Of a stretch of 64,000 nt of DNA, positions 1-16,670 are shown in pieces. The notes under the pieces were generated by a model that saw nothing but the letters and a program-made list of their open reading frames with translations, ran no database searches and had not been told where the DNA came from. How positions within the stretch are numbered: the stretch's first letter is position 1; every line of letters begins with the position of its first letter. A program made the position numbers and the translations under genes. The stretch is from the human T2T-CHM13v2.0 reference genome, Homo sapiens, in the NCBI RefSeq assembly GCF_009914755.1, contig NC_060927.1. One strand, given 5' to 3'.

Positions 1-1510
1 TTCTGTACATAAAATATCAAAGTACACCAGATATATATTCTATAGTGTACATAAAATATCAAAGTACCCAAACTATACATTATATACTGTACATAAAATA
101 TGAAATTACATCAAATATATATTATATTAGGTACATAAAATACGAAAGTACATCAAATATAGATTATATACTGTACATAAAATATCAAAGTACCCCAATA
201 TATATTATATACTGTACATGAAATATCAAAGTTCACAAACTATATATTATGTACTGTACATAAAATATCAAAGTACCCAAGGTATATATTCTATACTGTA
301 CAAAAAATATCAAAGTACCCAAAGCATGTATTATATAATGTACATAAAATATGAAAGTACATCAAATATATATTTTATTCTGTACATAAAATATCAAAGA
401 ACACCAGATATATATTCTATAGTGTACATAAAATATCAAAGTACCCAAACTATACATTATATACTGTACATAAAATATGAAATTACATCATATATATATT
501 AGGTACATAAAATATGAAAGTACATCAAATATATATTTTATTCTGTACATAAAATATCAAAGTACACCAGATATATATTCTATAGTGTACATAAAATATC
601 AAAGTACACAAACTATACATTATATACTGTACATAAAATATGAAATTACAGCAAATATATATTATATTAGGTACATAAAATATGAAAGTACATCAAATAT
701 AGATTATATACTGTACATTAAATACCAAAGTACCCCAAATATATATTTTATACTGTACATGAAATATCAAAGTTGACAAACTATATATTATATACTGTAC
801 ATAAAATATCAATGTACCCAAGGTATATATTCTATACTGCACAAAAAATATCAAAGTACCCAAAGCATGTATTATATACTGTATATAAAATATGAAAGTA
901 CATCAAATATATATTTTATTCTGTACATAAAATATCAAAGTACACCAGATATATATTCTATAGTGTACATAAAATATCAAAGTACCCAAACTATACATTA
1001 TATACTGTACATAAAATATGAAATTACATCAAATATATATTATATTAGGTACATAAAATACAAAAGTACATCAAATATAGATTATATACTGTACATAAAA
1101 TATCAAAGTACCCCAATATATATTATATACTGTACATGAAATATCAAAGTTCACAAACTATATATTATGTACTGTACATAAAATATCAAAGTACCCAAGG
1201 TATATATTCTATACTGTACAAAAAATATCAAAGTACCCAAAGCATGTATTATATAATGTACATAAAATATGAAAGTACATCAAATATATATTTTATTCTG
1301 TACATAAAATATCAAAGAACACCAGATATATATTCTATAGTGTACATAAAATATCAAAGTACCCAAACTATACATTATATACTGTACATAAAATATGAAA
1401 TTACATCATATATATATTAGGTACATAAAATATGAAAGTACATCAAATATATATTTTATTCTGTACATAAAATATCAAAGTACACCAGATATATATTCTA
1501 TAGTGTACAT
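1..1510 (+). repeat. Local tandem duplication, period 918 bp (541+377)
   Basis: Identical translated unit at 218 and 1136; shared 1-bp deletion TACCCCAATATA (~198 and ~1115), TTATGTACTG, TATAATGTAC and AAAGAACACC. Confidence 0.8.
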
Positions 1511-1671
1511 AAAATAACAAAGTACACAAACTATAAATTATATACTGTACATAAAATATGAAATTACATCAAATATATATTAGGTACATAAAATATGAAA
1601 GTACATCAAATATAGATTATATACTGTACATATAATATCAATGTACCCGAAATATATATTTTATACTCTAC
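1136..1671 (+). repeat. Example of the 536-bp 13-mer variant unit (internal duplication of m4-m7short, 163 bp)
   Basis: Order m1-m7s, m4-m5-m6-m7s, m8-m9 = 13x42-10 = 536. Seen starting at 1136, 3552, 5595, 7633, 11178, 13216, 19639, 23557, 27480, 29896, 31933 and 39995. Confidence 0.9.
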
Positions 1672-2049
1672 ATGAAATATCAAAGTTCACAAACCATATA
1701 TTGTATACTGCACATAAAATATCAAAATACCCAAGGTATATATTCTACACTGTACAAAAAATATCAAAGTACCCAAAGCAGGTATTATATACTGTACATA
1801 AAATATGAAAGTACATCAAATATATATTTTCTTCTGTACATAAAATATCAAAGTACACCAGATATATATTCTATAGCGTACATAAAATATCAAAGTACAC
1901 AAACTATACATTATATACTGTACATAAAATATGAAATTACATCAAATATATATTATATTAGGTACATAAAATATGAAAGTACATCAAATATAGATTATAT
2001 ACTGTACATTAAATACCAAAGTACCCCAAATATATATTTTATACTGTAC
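1672..2049 (+). repeat. Example of the 378-bp 9-mer higher-order unit (monomers m1-m9)
   Basis: Nine distinguishable monomers in fixed order, with 25-mer cores m1 TCACAAAC, m2 ACCCAAGG, m3 ACCCAAAGCA, m4 ACATCAAA..TTTTATTC, m5 ACACCAGA, m6 AC[C/A]CAAACTATAC, m7 (AAATT)ACATCAAA..TTAGGT, m8 ACATCAAATATAGA, m9 ACCCCAAA. The m1 landmark recurs at 1672, 2050 and 2428 (378-bp spacing). Confidence 0.95.
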
Positions 2050-2427
2050 ATGAAATTTCAAAGTTCACAAACTATATATTATATACTGTACATAAAATAT
2101 CAAAGTACCCAAGGTATATATTCTATAGTGTACAAAAAATATCAAAGTACCCAAAGCATGTATTATATACTGTACATAAAATATGAAAGTACATCAAATA
2201 TATATTTTATTCTGTACATAAAATATCAAAGTACACCAGATATATATTCTATAGTGTATATAAAATATCAAAGTACCCAAACTATACATTATATACTGTA
2301 CATAAAATATGAAATTACATCAAATATATATTATATTAGGTACATAAAATATGAAAGTACATGAAGTATAGATTATATACTGTACATAAAATATCAAAGT
2401 ACCCCAAATTTATATTATATACTATTC

Positions 2428-2800
2428 ATGAAATATCAAAGTTCACAAACTATATATTATATACTGTACATAAAATATCAAAGTACCCAAGGTATATATT
2501 CTATAGTGTACAAAAAATATCAAAGTACCCAAAGCATGTATTATATACCGTACATAAAATATAAAATTACATCAAATATATATTTTATTCTGTACATAAA
2601 ATATCAAAGTACACCAGATATATATACTATAGTGTACATAAAATATCAAAGTACCCAAACTATACATTATACACTGTACATAAAATATGAAATTATATCA
2701 AATATATATTAGGTACATAAAATATGAAAGTACATCAAATATAGATTATATACTGTAAATATAATATCAATGTACCCCAAATATATATTTTATACTCTAC
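2428..2800 (+). repeat. Example of the 373-bp variant 9-mer (5-bp deletion in monomer m7)
   Basis: m7 reads AAATATATATTAGGT instead of AAATATATATTATATTAGGT; landmark spacing 2428 to 2801 = 373. It pairs with 378-bp units to give 751-bp dimers (e.g. 14881, 15632, 16383, 17134, 17885). Confidence 0.93.
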
Positions 2801-4599
2801 ATGAAATATCAAAGTTCACAAACCATATATTATATACTGTACATAAAATATCAAAGTACCCAAGTTATATATTCTATACTGTACAAAAAATATCAAAGTA
2901 CCCAAAGCATGTATTATATACTGTACATAAAATATGAAAGTACATCAAATATATATTTTATTCTGTACATAAAATATCAAAGTACACCAGATATATATTC
3001 TATAGTGTACATAAAATGTCAAAGTACCCAAACTATACATTATATACTGTACATAAAATATGTAATTACATCAAATATATATTATATTAGGTACATAAAA
3101 TAAGAAAGTACATCAAATATAGATTATATACTGTACATAAAATATCAAAGTACCCCAAATATATATTATATACTCTACATGAAATATCAAAGTTCACAAA
3201 CTATATATTATATACTGTACATAAAATATCAAAGTACCCAAGGTATATATTCTATAGTGTACAAAAAATATCAAAGTACACAAAGCATGTATTATATACC
3301 GTACATAAAATATAAAATTACATCAAATATATATTTTATTCTGTACATAAAATATCAAAGTACACCAGATATATATACTATAGTGTACATAAAATATCAA
3401 AGTACCCAAACTATACATTATACACTGCACATAAAATATGAAATTACATCAAATATATATTAGGTACATAAAATATGAAAGTACATCAAATATAGATTAT
3501 ATACTGTAAATATAATATCAATGTACCCCAAATATATATTTTATACTCTACATGAAATATCAAAGTTCACAAACCATATATTATATACTGTACATAAAAT
3601 ATCAAAGTACCCAAGGTATATATTCTATACTGTACAAAAAATATCAAAGTACCCAAAGCATGTATTATATAATGTACATAAAATATGAAAGTACATCAAA
3701 TATATATTTTATTCTGTACATAAAATATCAAAGTACACCAGATATATATTCTATAGTGTACATAAAATATCAAAGTACCCACACTATACATTATATACTG
3801 TACATAAAATATGAAATTACATCATATATATATTAGGTACATAAAATATGAAAGTACATCAAATATATATTTTATTCTGTACATAAAATATCAAAGTACA
3901 CCAGATATATATTCTATAGTGTACATAAAATAACAAAGTACACAAACTATAAATTATATACTGTACATAAAATATGAAATTACATCAAATATATATTAGG
4001 TACATAAAATATGAAAGTACATCAAATATAGATTATATACTGTACATATAATATCAATGTACCCGAAATATATATTTTATACTCTACATGAAATATCAAA
4101 GTTCACAAACCATATATTGTATACTGCACATAAAATATCAAAATACCCAAGGTATATATTCTATACTGTACAAAAAATATCAAAGTACCCAAAGCAGGTA
4201 TTATATACTGTACATAAAATATGAAAGTACATCAAATATATATTTTATTCTGTACATAAAATATCAAAGTACACCAGATATATATTCTATAGCGTACATA
4301 AAATATCAAAGTACACAAACTATACATTATATACTGTACATAAAATATGAAATTACATCAAATATATATTATATTAGGTACATAAAATATGAAAGTACAT
4401 CAAATATATATTATATACTGTAAATATAATATTAATGTACCCCAAATATATATTTTATACTCTACATGAAATATCAAAGTTCACAAACCATATATTATAT
4501 ACTGTACATAAAATATCAAAGTACCCAAGGTATATATTCTATACTGTACAAAAAATATCAAAGTACCCAAAGCATGTATTATATACTGTAGATAAAATA

Positions 4600-7500
4600 T
4601 GAAAGTACATCAAATATATATTTTATTCTGTACATAAAATATCAAAGTACACCAGATATATATTCTATAGTGTACATAAAATATCAAAGTACCCAAACTA
4701 TACATTATATACTGTACATAAAATATGAAATTACATCAAATATATATTATATTAGGTACATGAAATATGAAAGTACATCAAATATAGATTATATACTGTA
4801 CATAAAATATGAAAGTACCCCAAATATATATTATATACTCTACATGAAATATCAAAGTTCACAAACTATATATTATATACTGTACATAAAATATCAAAGT
4901 ACCCAAGGTATATATTCTATACTGTACAAAAAATATCAAAGTATCCAAAGCATGTATTATATACTGTATATAAAATATGAAAGTACATCAAATATATATC
5001 TTATTCTGTACATAAAATATCAAAGTACACCAGATATATATTCTATAGTGTACATAAAATATCAAAGTACCCAAACTATACATTATATACTCTACATAAA
5101 ATATGAAATTACAGCAAATATATATTATATTAGGTACATAAAATATGAAAGTACATCAAATATAGATTATATACTGTACATTAAGTACCAAAGTACCCCA
5201 AATATATATTTTATACTGTACATGAAATATCAAAGTTCACAAACTATATATTATATACTGTACATAAAATATCAATGTACCCAAGGTATATATTCTATAC
5301 TGCACAAAAAATATCAAAGTACCCAAAGCATGTATTATATACTGTATATAAAATATGAAATTACATCAAATATATATTTTATTCTGTACATAAAATATCA
5401 AAGTACACCAGATATATATTCTATAGTGTACATAAAATATCAAAGTACCCAAACTATAAATTATATACTGTACATAAAATATGAAATTACATCAAATATA
5501 TATTAGGTACATAAAATATGAAAGTACATCAAATATAGATTATATACTAAACATATAATATCAATGTACCCCAAATATATATTTGATACTCTACATGAAA
5601 TATCAAAGTTCAGAAACCATACATTATATACTGTACATAAAATATCAAAGTACCCAAGGTATATATTCTATACTGTACAAAAAATATCAAAGTACCCAAA
5701 GCATGTATTATATACTGTAGATAATATATGAAAGTACATCAAATATATATTTTATTCTGTACATAAAATATCAAAGTACACCAGATATATATTCTATAGT
5801 GTACATAAAATATCAAAGTACCCAAACTATAAATTATATACTGTACATAAAATATGAAATTACATCAAATATATATTAGGTACATAAAATATGAAAGTAC
5901 ATCAAATAGATATTTTATTCTGTACATAAAATATCAAAGTACACCAGATATATATTCTATAGTGTACATAAAATAACAAAGTACACAAACTATAAATTAT
6001 ATACTGTACATAAAATATGAAATTACATCAAATATATATTAGGTACATAAAATATGAAAGTACATCAAATATAGATTATATACTGTACATATAATATCAA
6101 TGTACCCGAAATATATATTTTATACTCTACATGAAATATCAAAGTTCACAAACCATATATTGTATAGTGCACATAAAATATCAAAATACCCAAGGTATAT
6201 ATTCTATACTGTACAAAAAATATCAAAGTACCCAAAGCAGGTATTATATACTGTACATAAAATATGAAAGTACATCAAATATATATTTTATTCTGTACAT
6301 AAAATATCAAAGTACACCAGATATATATTCTATAGCGTACATAAAATATCAAAGTACACAAACTATACATTATATACTGTACATAAAATATGAAATTACA
6401 TCAAATATATATTATATTAGGTACATAAAATATGAAAGTACATCAAATATAGATTATATACTGTACATTAAATACCAAAGTACCCCAAATATATATTTTA
6501 TACTGTACATGAAATTTCAAAGTTCACAAACTATATATTATATACTGTACATAAAATATCAATGTACCCAAGGTATATATTCTATAGTGTACAAAAAATA
6601 TCAAAGTACCCAAAGCATGTATTATATACTGTAGATAAAATATGAAAGTACATCAAATATATATTTTATTCTGTACATAAAATATCAAAGTACACCAGAT
6701 ATATATTCTATAGTGTACATAAAATAACAAAGTACACAAACTATAAATTATATACTGTACGTAAAATATGAAATTACATCAAATATATATTAGGTACATA
6801 AAATATGAAAGTACATCAAATATAGATTATATACTGTACATATAATATCAATGTACCCCAAATATATATTTTATACTCTACATGAAATATCAAAGTTCAC
6901 AAACCATACATTACATACTTTCCATAAAATATGAAAGTACCCATGGCATATATTCTATACTGTACAAAAGATATCAAAGTACCCAAAGCATGTATTATAT
7001 ACTGTACATAAAATATGAAAGTACATCAAATATATATTTTATTCTGTACATAAAATATCAAAGTACACCAGATATATATTCTATAGTGTACATAAAATAT
7101 CAAAGTACCCAAACTATATATTATATACTGTACATAAAATATGAAATTACATCAAATATGTATTATATTAGGTACATAAAATATGAAAGTACATCAAATA
7201 TAGATTATATACCGTACATAAAATATCAAAGTACCCCAAATATATATTATATACTCTACATGAAATATCAAAGTTCACAAACTATATATTATATACTGTA
7301 CATAAAATATCAAAGTACCCAAGGTATATATTCTATACTGTACAAAAAATATCAAAGTACCCAAAGCATGTATTATATACTGTATATAAAATAAGAAAGT
7401 ACATTAAATATATTTTTTATTCTGTACATAAAATATCAAAGTACACCAGATATATATTCTATAGTGTACATAAAATAACAAAGTACACAAACTATAAATT

Positions 7501-10500
7501 ATATACTGTACATAAAATATGAAATTACATCAAATATATATTAGGTACATAAAATATGAAAGTACATCAAATATAGATTATGTACTGAACATATAATATC
7601 AATGTACCCCAAATATATATTTGATACTCTACATGAAATATCAAAGTTCAGAAACCATACATTATATACTGTACATAAAATATCAAAGTACCCAAGGTAT
7701 ATATTCTATACTGTACAAAAAATATCAAAGTACCCAAAGCATGTATTATATACTGTAGATAACATATGAAAGTACATCAAATATATATTTTATTCTGTAC
7801 ATAAAATATCAAAGTACACCAGATATATATTCTATAGTGTACATAAAATATCAAAGTACCCAAACTATACATTATATACTGTACATAAAATATGAAATTA
7901 CATCAAATATATATTAGGTACATAAAATATGAAAGTACATCAAATAGATATTTTATTCTGTACATAAAATATCAAAGTACACCAGATATATATTCTATAG
8001 TGTACATAAAATAACAAAGTACACAAACTATAAATTATATACTGTACATAAAATATGAAATTACATCAAATATATATTAGGTACATAAAATATGAAAGTA
8101 CATCAAATATAGATTATATACTGTACATATAATATCAATGTACCCGAAATATATATTTTATACTCTACATGAAATATCAAAGTTCACAAACCATATATCG
8201 TATAGTGCACATAAAATATCAAAATACCCAAGGTATATATTCTATACTGTACAAAAAATATCAAAGTACCCAAAGCAGGTATTATATACTGTACATAAAA
8301 TATGAAAGTACATCAAATATATATTTTATTCTGTACATAAAATATCAAAGTACACCAGATATATATTCTATAGCGTACATAAAATATCAAAGTACACAAA
8401 CTATACATTATATACTGTACATAAAATATGAAATTACATCAAATATATATTATATTAGGTACATAAAATATGAAAGTACATCAAATATAGATTATATACT
8501 GTACATTAAATACCAAAGTACCCCAAATATATATTTTATACTGTACATGAAATTTCAAAGTTCACAAACTATATATTATATACTGTACATAAAATATCAA
8601 AGTACCCAAGGTATATATTCTATAGTGTACAAAAAATATCAAAGTACCCAAAGCATGTATTATATACTGTACATAAAATATGAAAGTACATCAAATATAT
8701 ATTTTATTCTGTACATAAAATATCAAAGTACACCAGATATATATTCTATAGTGTATATAAAATATCAAAGTACCCAAACTATACATTATATACTGTACAT
8801 AAAATATGAAATTACATCAAATATATATTATATTAGGTACATAAAATATGAAAGTACATGAAGTATAGATTATATACTGTACATAAAATATCAAAGTACC
8901 CCAAATTTATATTATATACTATACATGAAATATCAAAGTTCACAAACTATATATTATATACTGTACATAAAATATCAAAGTACCCAAGGTATATATTCTA
9001 TAGTGTACAAAAAATATCAAAGTACCCAAAGCATGTATTATATACCGTACATAAAATATAAAATTACATCAAATATATATTTTATTCTGTACATAAAATA
9101 TCAAAGTACACCAGATATATATACTATAGTGTACATAAAATATCAAAGTACCCAAACTATACATTATACACTGTACATAAAATATGAAATTATATCAAAT
9201 ATATATTAGGTACATAAAATATGAAAGTACATCAAATATAGATTATATACTGGACATATAACATCAATGTACCCCAAATATATATTTGATACTCTACATG
9301 AAATATCAAAGTTCAGAAACCATACATTATATACTGTACATAAAATATCAAAGTACCCAAGGTATATATTCTATACTGTACAAAAAATATCAAAGTACCC
9401 AAAGCATGTATTATATACTGTACATAAAATATGAAAGTACATCAAATATATATTTTATTCTGTACATAAAATATCAAAGTACACCAGATATATATTCTAT
9501 AGTGTACATAAAATATCAAAGTACCCAAACTATACATTATATACTGTACATAAAATATGAAATTACAGCAAATATATATTATAATAGGTACATAAAATAT
9601 GAAAGTACATCAAATATAGATTATATACTGTACATTAAATACCAAAGTACCCCAAATATATATTTTATACTGTACATGAAATATCAAAGTTCACAAACTA
9701 TATATTATATACTGTACATAAAATATCAATGTACCCAAGGTATATATTCTATACTGTACAAAAAATATCAAAGTACCCAAAGCATGTATTATATACTGTA
9801 CATAAAATATGAAAGTACATCAAATATATATTTTATTCTGTACATAAAATATCAAAGTACACTAGATATATATTCTATAGTGTACATAAAACATCAAAAT
9901 ACCCAAACTATACATTATATACTGTACATAAAATATGAAATTACATCAAATATATATTAGGTACATAAAATATGAAAGTACATCAAATATAGATTATATA
10001 CTGAACATATAATATCAATGTACCCGAAATATATATTTGATACTCTACATGAAATATCAAAGTTCAGAAACCATACATTATATACTGTACATAAAATATC
10101 AAAGTACCCAAGGTATATATTCTATACTGTACAAAAAATATCAAAGTACCCAAAGCATGTATTATATACTGTACATAAAATATGAAAGTACATCAAATAT
10201 ATATTTTATTCTGTACATAAAATATCAAAGTACACCAGATATATATTCTATAGTGTACATAAAATATCAAAGTACCCAAACTATACATTATATACTGTAC
10301 ATAAAATATGAAATTACATCAAATATATATTATATTAGGTACATGAAATATGAAAGTACATCAAATATAGATTATATACTGTACATAAAATATGAAAGTA
10401 CCCCAAATATATATTATATACTCTACATGAAATATCAAAGTTCACAAACTATATATTATATACTGTACATAAAATATCAAAGTACCCAAGGTATATATTC

Positions 10501-13500
10501 TATACTGTACAAAAAATATCAAAGTATCCAAAGCATGTATTATATACTGTATATAAAATATGAAAGTACATCAAATATATATCTTATTCTGTACATAAAA
10601 TATCAAAGTACACCAGATATATATTCTATAGTGTACATAAAATATCAAAGTACCCAAACTATACATTATATACTCTACATAAAATATGAAATTACAGCAA
10701 ATATATATTATATTAGGTACATAAAATATGAAAGTACATCAAATATAGATTATATACTGTACATTAAGTACCAAAGTACCCCAAATATATATTTTATACT
10801 GTACATGAAATATCAAAGTTCACAAACTATATATTATATACTGTACATAAAATATCAATGTACCCAAGGTATATATTCTATACTGCACAAAAAATATCAA
10901 AGTACCCAAAGCATGTATTATATACTGTATATAAAATATGAAATTACATCAAATATATATTTTATTCTGTACATAAAATATCAAAGTACACCAGATATAT
11001 ATTCTATAGTGTACATAAAATATCAAAGTACCCAAACTATAAATTATATACTGTACATAAAATATGAAATTACATCAAATATATATTAGGTACATAAAAT
11101 ATGAAAGTACATCAAATATAGATTATATACTAAACATATAATATCAATGTACCCCAAATATATATTTGATACTCTACATGAAATATCAAAGTTCAGAAAC
11201 CATACATTATATACTGTACATAAAATATCAAAGTACCCAAGGTATATATTCTATACTGTACAAAAAATATCAAAGTACCCAAAGCATGTATTATATACTG
11301 TAGATAATATATGAAAGTACATCAAATATATATTTTATTCTGTACATAAAATATCAAAGTACACCAGATATATATTCTATAGTGTACATAAAATATCAAA
11401 GTACCCAAACTATAAATTATATACTGTACATAAAATATGAAATTACATCAAATATATATTAGGTACATAAAATATGAAAGTACATCAAATAGATATTTTA
11501 TTCTGTACATAAAATATCAAAGTACACCAGATATATATTCTATAGTGTACATAAAATAACAAAGTACACAAACTATAAATTATATACTGTACATAAAATA
11601 TGAAATTACATCAAATATATATTAGGTACATAAAATATGAAAGTACATCAAATATAGATTATATACTGTACATATAATATCAATGTACCCGAAATATATA
11701 TTTTATACTCTACATGAAATATCAAAGTTCACAAACCATATATTGTATAGTGCACATAAAATATCAAAATACCCAAGGTATATATTCTATACTGTACAAA
11801 AAATATCAAAGTACCCAAAGCAGGTATTATATACTGTACATAAAATATGAAAGTACATCAAATATATATTTTATTCTGTACATAAAATATCAAAGTACAC
11901 CAGATATATATTCTATAGCGTACATAAAATATCAAAGTACACAAACTATACATTATATACTGTACATAAAATATGAAATTACATCAAATATATATTATAT
12001 TAGGTACATAAAATATGAAAGTACATCAAATATAGATTATATACTGTACATTAAATACCAAAGTACCCCAAATATATATTTTATACTGTACATGAAATTT
12101 CAAAGTTCACAAACTATATATTATATACTGTACATAAAATATCAATGTACCCAAGGTATATATTCTATAGTGTACAAAAAATATCAAAGTACCCAAAGCA
12201 TGTATTATATACTGTAGATAAAATATGAAAGTACATCAAATATATATTTTATTCTGTACATAAAATATCAAAGTACACCAGATATATATTCTATAGTGTA
12301 CATAAAATAACAAAGTACACAAACTATAAATTATATACTGTACGTAAAATATGAAATTACATCAAATATATATTAGGTACATAAAATATGAAAGTACATC
12401 AAATATAGATTATATACTGTACATATAATATCAATGTACCCCAAATATATATTTTATACTCTACATGAAATATCAAAGTTCACAAACCATACATTACATA
12501 CTTTCCATAAAATATGAAAGTACCCATGGCATATATTCTATACTGTACAAAAGATATCAAAGTACCCAAAGCATGTATTATATACTGTACATAAAATATG
12601 AAAGTACATCAAATATATATTTTATTCTGTACATAAAATATCAAAGTACACCAGATATATATTCTATAGTGTACATAAAATATCAAAGTACCCAAACTAT
12701 ATATTATATACTGTACATAAAATATGAAATTACATCAAATATGTATTATATTAGGTACATAAAATATGAAAGTACATCAAATATAGATTATATACCGTAC
12801 ATAAAATATCAAAGTACCCCAAATATATATTATATACTCTACATGAAATATCAAAGTTCACAAACTATATATTATATACTGTACATAAAATATCAAAGTA
12901 CCCAAGGTATATATTCTATACTGTACAAAAAATATCAAAGTACCCAAAGCATGTATTATATACTGTATATAAAATAAGAAAGTACATTAAATATATTTTT
13001 TATTCTGTACATAAAATATCAAAGTACACCAGATATATATTCTATAGTGTACATAAAATAACAAAGTACACAAACTATAAATTATATACTGTACATAAAA
13101 TATGAAATTACATCAAATATATATTAGGTACATAAAATATGAAAGTACATCAAATATAGATTATGTACTGAACATATAATATCAATGTACCCCAAATATA
13201 TATTTGATACTCTACATGAAATATCAAAGTTCAGAAACCATACATTATATACTGTACATAAAATATCAAAGTACCCAAGGTATATATTCTATACTGTACA
13301 AAAAATATCAAAGTACCCAAAGCATGTATTATATACTGTAGATAACATATGAAAGTACATCAAATATATATTTTATTCTGTACATAAAATATCAAAGTAC
13401 ACCAGATATATATTCTATAGTGTACATAAAATATCAAAGTACCCAAACTATACATTATATACTGTACATAAAATATGAAATTACATCAAATATATATTAG

Positions 13501-16500
13501 GTACATAAAATATGAAAGTACATCAAATAGATATTTTATTCTGTACATAAAATATCAAAGTACACCAGATATATATTCTATAGTGTACATAAAATAACAA
13601 AGTACACAAACTATAAATTATATACTGTACATAAAATATGAAATTACATCAAATATATATTAGGTACATAAAATATGAAAGTACATCAAATATAGATTAT
13701 ATACTGTACATATAATATCAATGTACCCGAAATATATATTTTATACTCTACATGAAATATCAAAGTTCACAAACCATATATTGTATAGTGCACATAAAAT
13801 ATCAAAATACCCAAGGTATATATTCTATACTGTACAAAAAATATCAAAGTACCCAAAGCAGGTATTATATACTGTACATAAAATATGAAAGTACATCAAA
13901 TATATATTTTATTCTGTACATAAAATATCAAAGTACACCAGATATATATTCTATAGCGTACATAAAATATCAAAGTACACAAACTATACATTATATACTG
14001 TACATAAAATATGAAATTACATCAAATATATATTATATTAGGTACATAAAATATGAAAGTACATCAAATATAGATTATATACTGTACATTAAATACCAAA
14101 GTACCCCAAATATATATTTTATACTGTACATGAAATTTCAAAGTTCACAAACTATATATTATATACTGTACATAAAATATCAAAGTACCCAAGGTATATA
14201 TTCTATAGTGTACAAAAAATATCAAAGTACCCAAAGCATGTATTATATACTGTACATAAAATATGAAAGTACATCAAATATATATTTTATTCTGTACATA
14301 AAATATCAAAGTACACCAGATATATATTCTATAGTGTATATAAAATATCAAAGTACCCAAACTATACATTATATACGGTACATAAAATATGAAATTACAT
14401 CAAATATATATTATATTAGGTACATAAAATATGAAAGTACATGAAGTATAGATTATATACTGTACATAAAATATCAAAGTACCCCAAATTTATATTATAT
14501 ACTATACATGAAATATCAAAGTTCACAAACTATATATTATATACTGTACATAAAATATCAAAGTACCCAAGGTATATATTCTATAGTGTACAAAAAATAT
14601 CAAAGTACCCAAAGCATGTATTATATACCGTACATAAAATATAAAATTACATCAAATATATATTTTATTCTGTACATAAAATATCAAAGTACACCAGATA
14701 TATATACTATAGTGTACATAAAATATCAAAGTACCCAAACTATACATTATACACTGTACATAAAATATGAAATTATATCAAATATATATTAGGTACATAA
14801 AATATGAAAGTACATCAAATATAGATTATATACTGTAAATATAATATCAATGTACCCCAAATATATATTTTATACTCTACATGAAATATCAAAGTTCACA
14901 AACCATATATTATATACTGTACATAAAATATCAAAGTACCCAAGTTATATATTCTATACTGTACAAAAAATATCAAAGTACCCAAAGCATGTATTATATA
15001 CTGTACATAAAATATGAAAGTACATCAAATATATATTTTATTCTGTACATAAAATATCAAAGTACACCAGATATATATTCTATAGTGTACATAAAATGTC
15101 AAAGTACCCAAACTATACATTATATACTGTACATAAAATATGTAATTACATCAAATATATATTATATTAGGTACATAAAATAAGAAAGTACATCAAATAT
15201 AGATTATATACTGTACATAAAATATCAAAGTACCCCAAATATATATTATATACTCTACATGAAATATCAAAGTTCACAAACTATATATTATATACTGTAC
15301 ATAAAATATCAAAGTACCCAAGGTATATATTCTATACTGTACAAAAAATATCAAAGTACCCAAAGCATGTATTATATACTGTATATAAAATAAGAAAGTA
15401 CATTAAATATATATTTTATTCTGTACATAAAATATCAAAGTACACCAGATATATATTCTATAGTGTACATAAAATAACAAAGTACACAAACTATAAATTA
15501 TATACTGTACATAAATTATGAAATTACATCAAATATATATTAGGTACATAAAATATGAAAGTACATCAAATATAGATTATATACTGGACATATAACATCA
15601 ATGTACCCCAAATATATATTTGATACTCTACATGAAATATCAAAGTTCAGAAACCATACATTATATACTGTACATAAAATATCAAAGTACCCAAGGTATA
15701 TATTCTATACTGTACAAAAAATATCAAAGTACCCAAAGCATGTATTATATACTGTACATAAAATATGAAAGTACATCAAATATATATTTTATTCTGTACA
15801 TAAAATATCAAAGTACACCAGATATATATTCTATAGTGTACATAAAATATCAAAGTACCCAAACTATACATTATATACTGTACATAAAATATGAAATTAC
15901 AGCAAATATATATTATAATAGGTACATAAAATATGAAAGTACATCAAATATAGATTATATACTGTACATTAAATACCAAAGTACCCCAAATATATATTTT
16001 ATACTGTACATGAAATATCAAAGTTCACAAACTATATATTATATACTGTACATAAAATCTCAATGTACCCAAGGTATATATTCTATACTGTACAAAAAAT
16101 ATCAAAGTACCCAAAGCATGTATTATATACTGTACATAAAATATGAAAGTACATCAAATATATATTTTATTCTGTACATAAAATATCAAAGTACACTAGA
16201 TATATATTCTATAGTGTACATAAAACATCAAAATACCCAAACTATACATTATATACTGTACATAAAATATGAAATTACATCAAATATATATTAGGTACAT
16301 AAAATATGAAAGTACATCAAATATAGATTATATACTGAACATATAATATCAATGTACCCGAAATATATATTTGATACTCTACATGAAATATCAAAGTTCA
16401 GAAACCATACATTATATACTGTACATAAAATATCAAAGTACCCAAGGTATATATTCTATACTGTACAAAAAATATCAAAGTACCCAAAGCATGTATTATA

Positions 16501-16670
16501 TACTGTACATAAAATATGAAAGTACATCAAATATATATTTTATTCTGTACATAAAATATCAAAGTACACCAGATATATATTCTATAGTGTACATAAAATA
16601 TCAAAGTACCCAAACTATACATTATATACTGTACATAAAATATGAAATTACATCAAATATATATTATATT
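4600..16670 (+). repeat. Near-identical tandem duplication, period 5,583 bp, with an extra 751-bp dimer in the second copy
   Basis: ORF and variant offsets 6131/11714, 6882/12465, 8169/13752 and 8925/14508 all equal 5,583. Downstream, 9286/15620 and 10037/16371 equal 6,334 (5,583+751). Confidence 0.88.
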
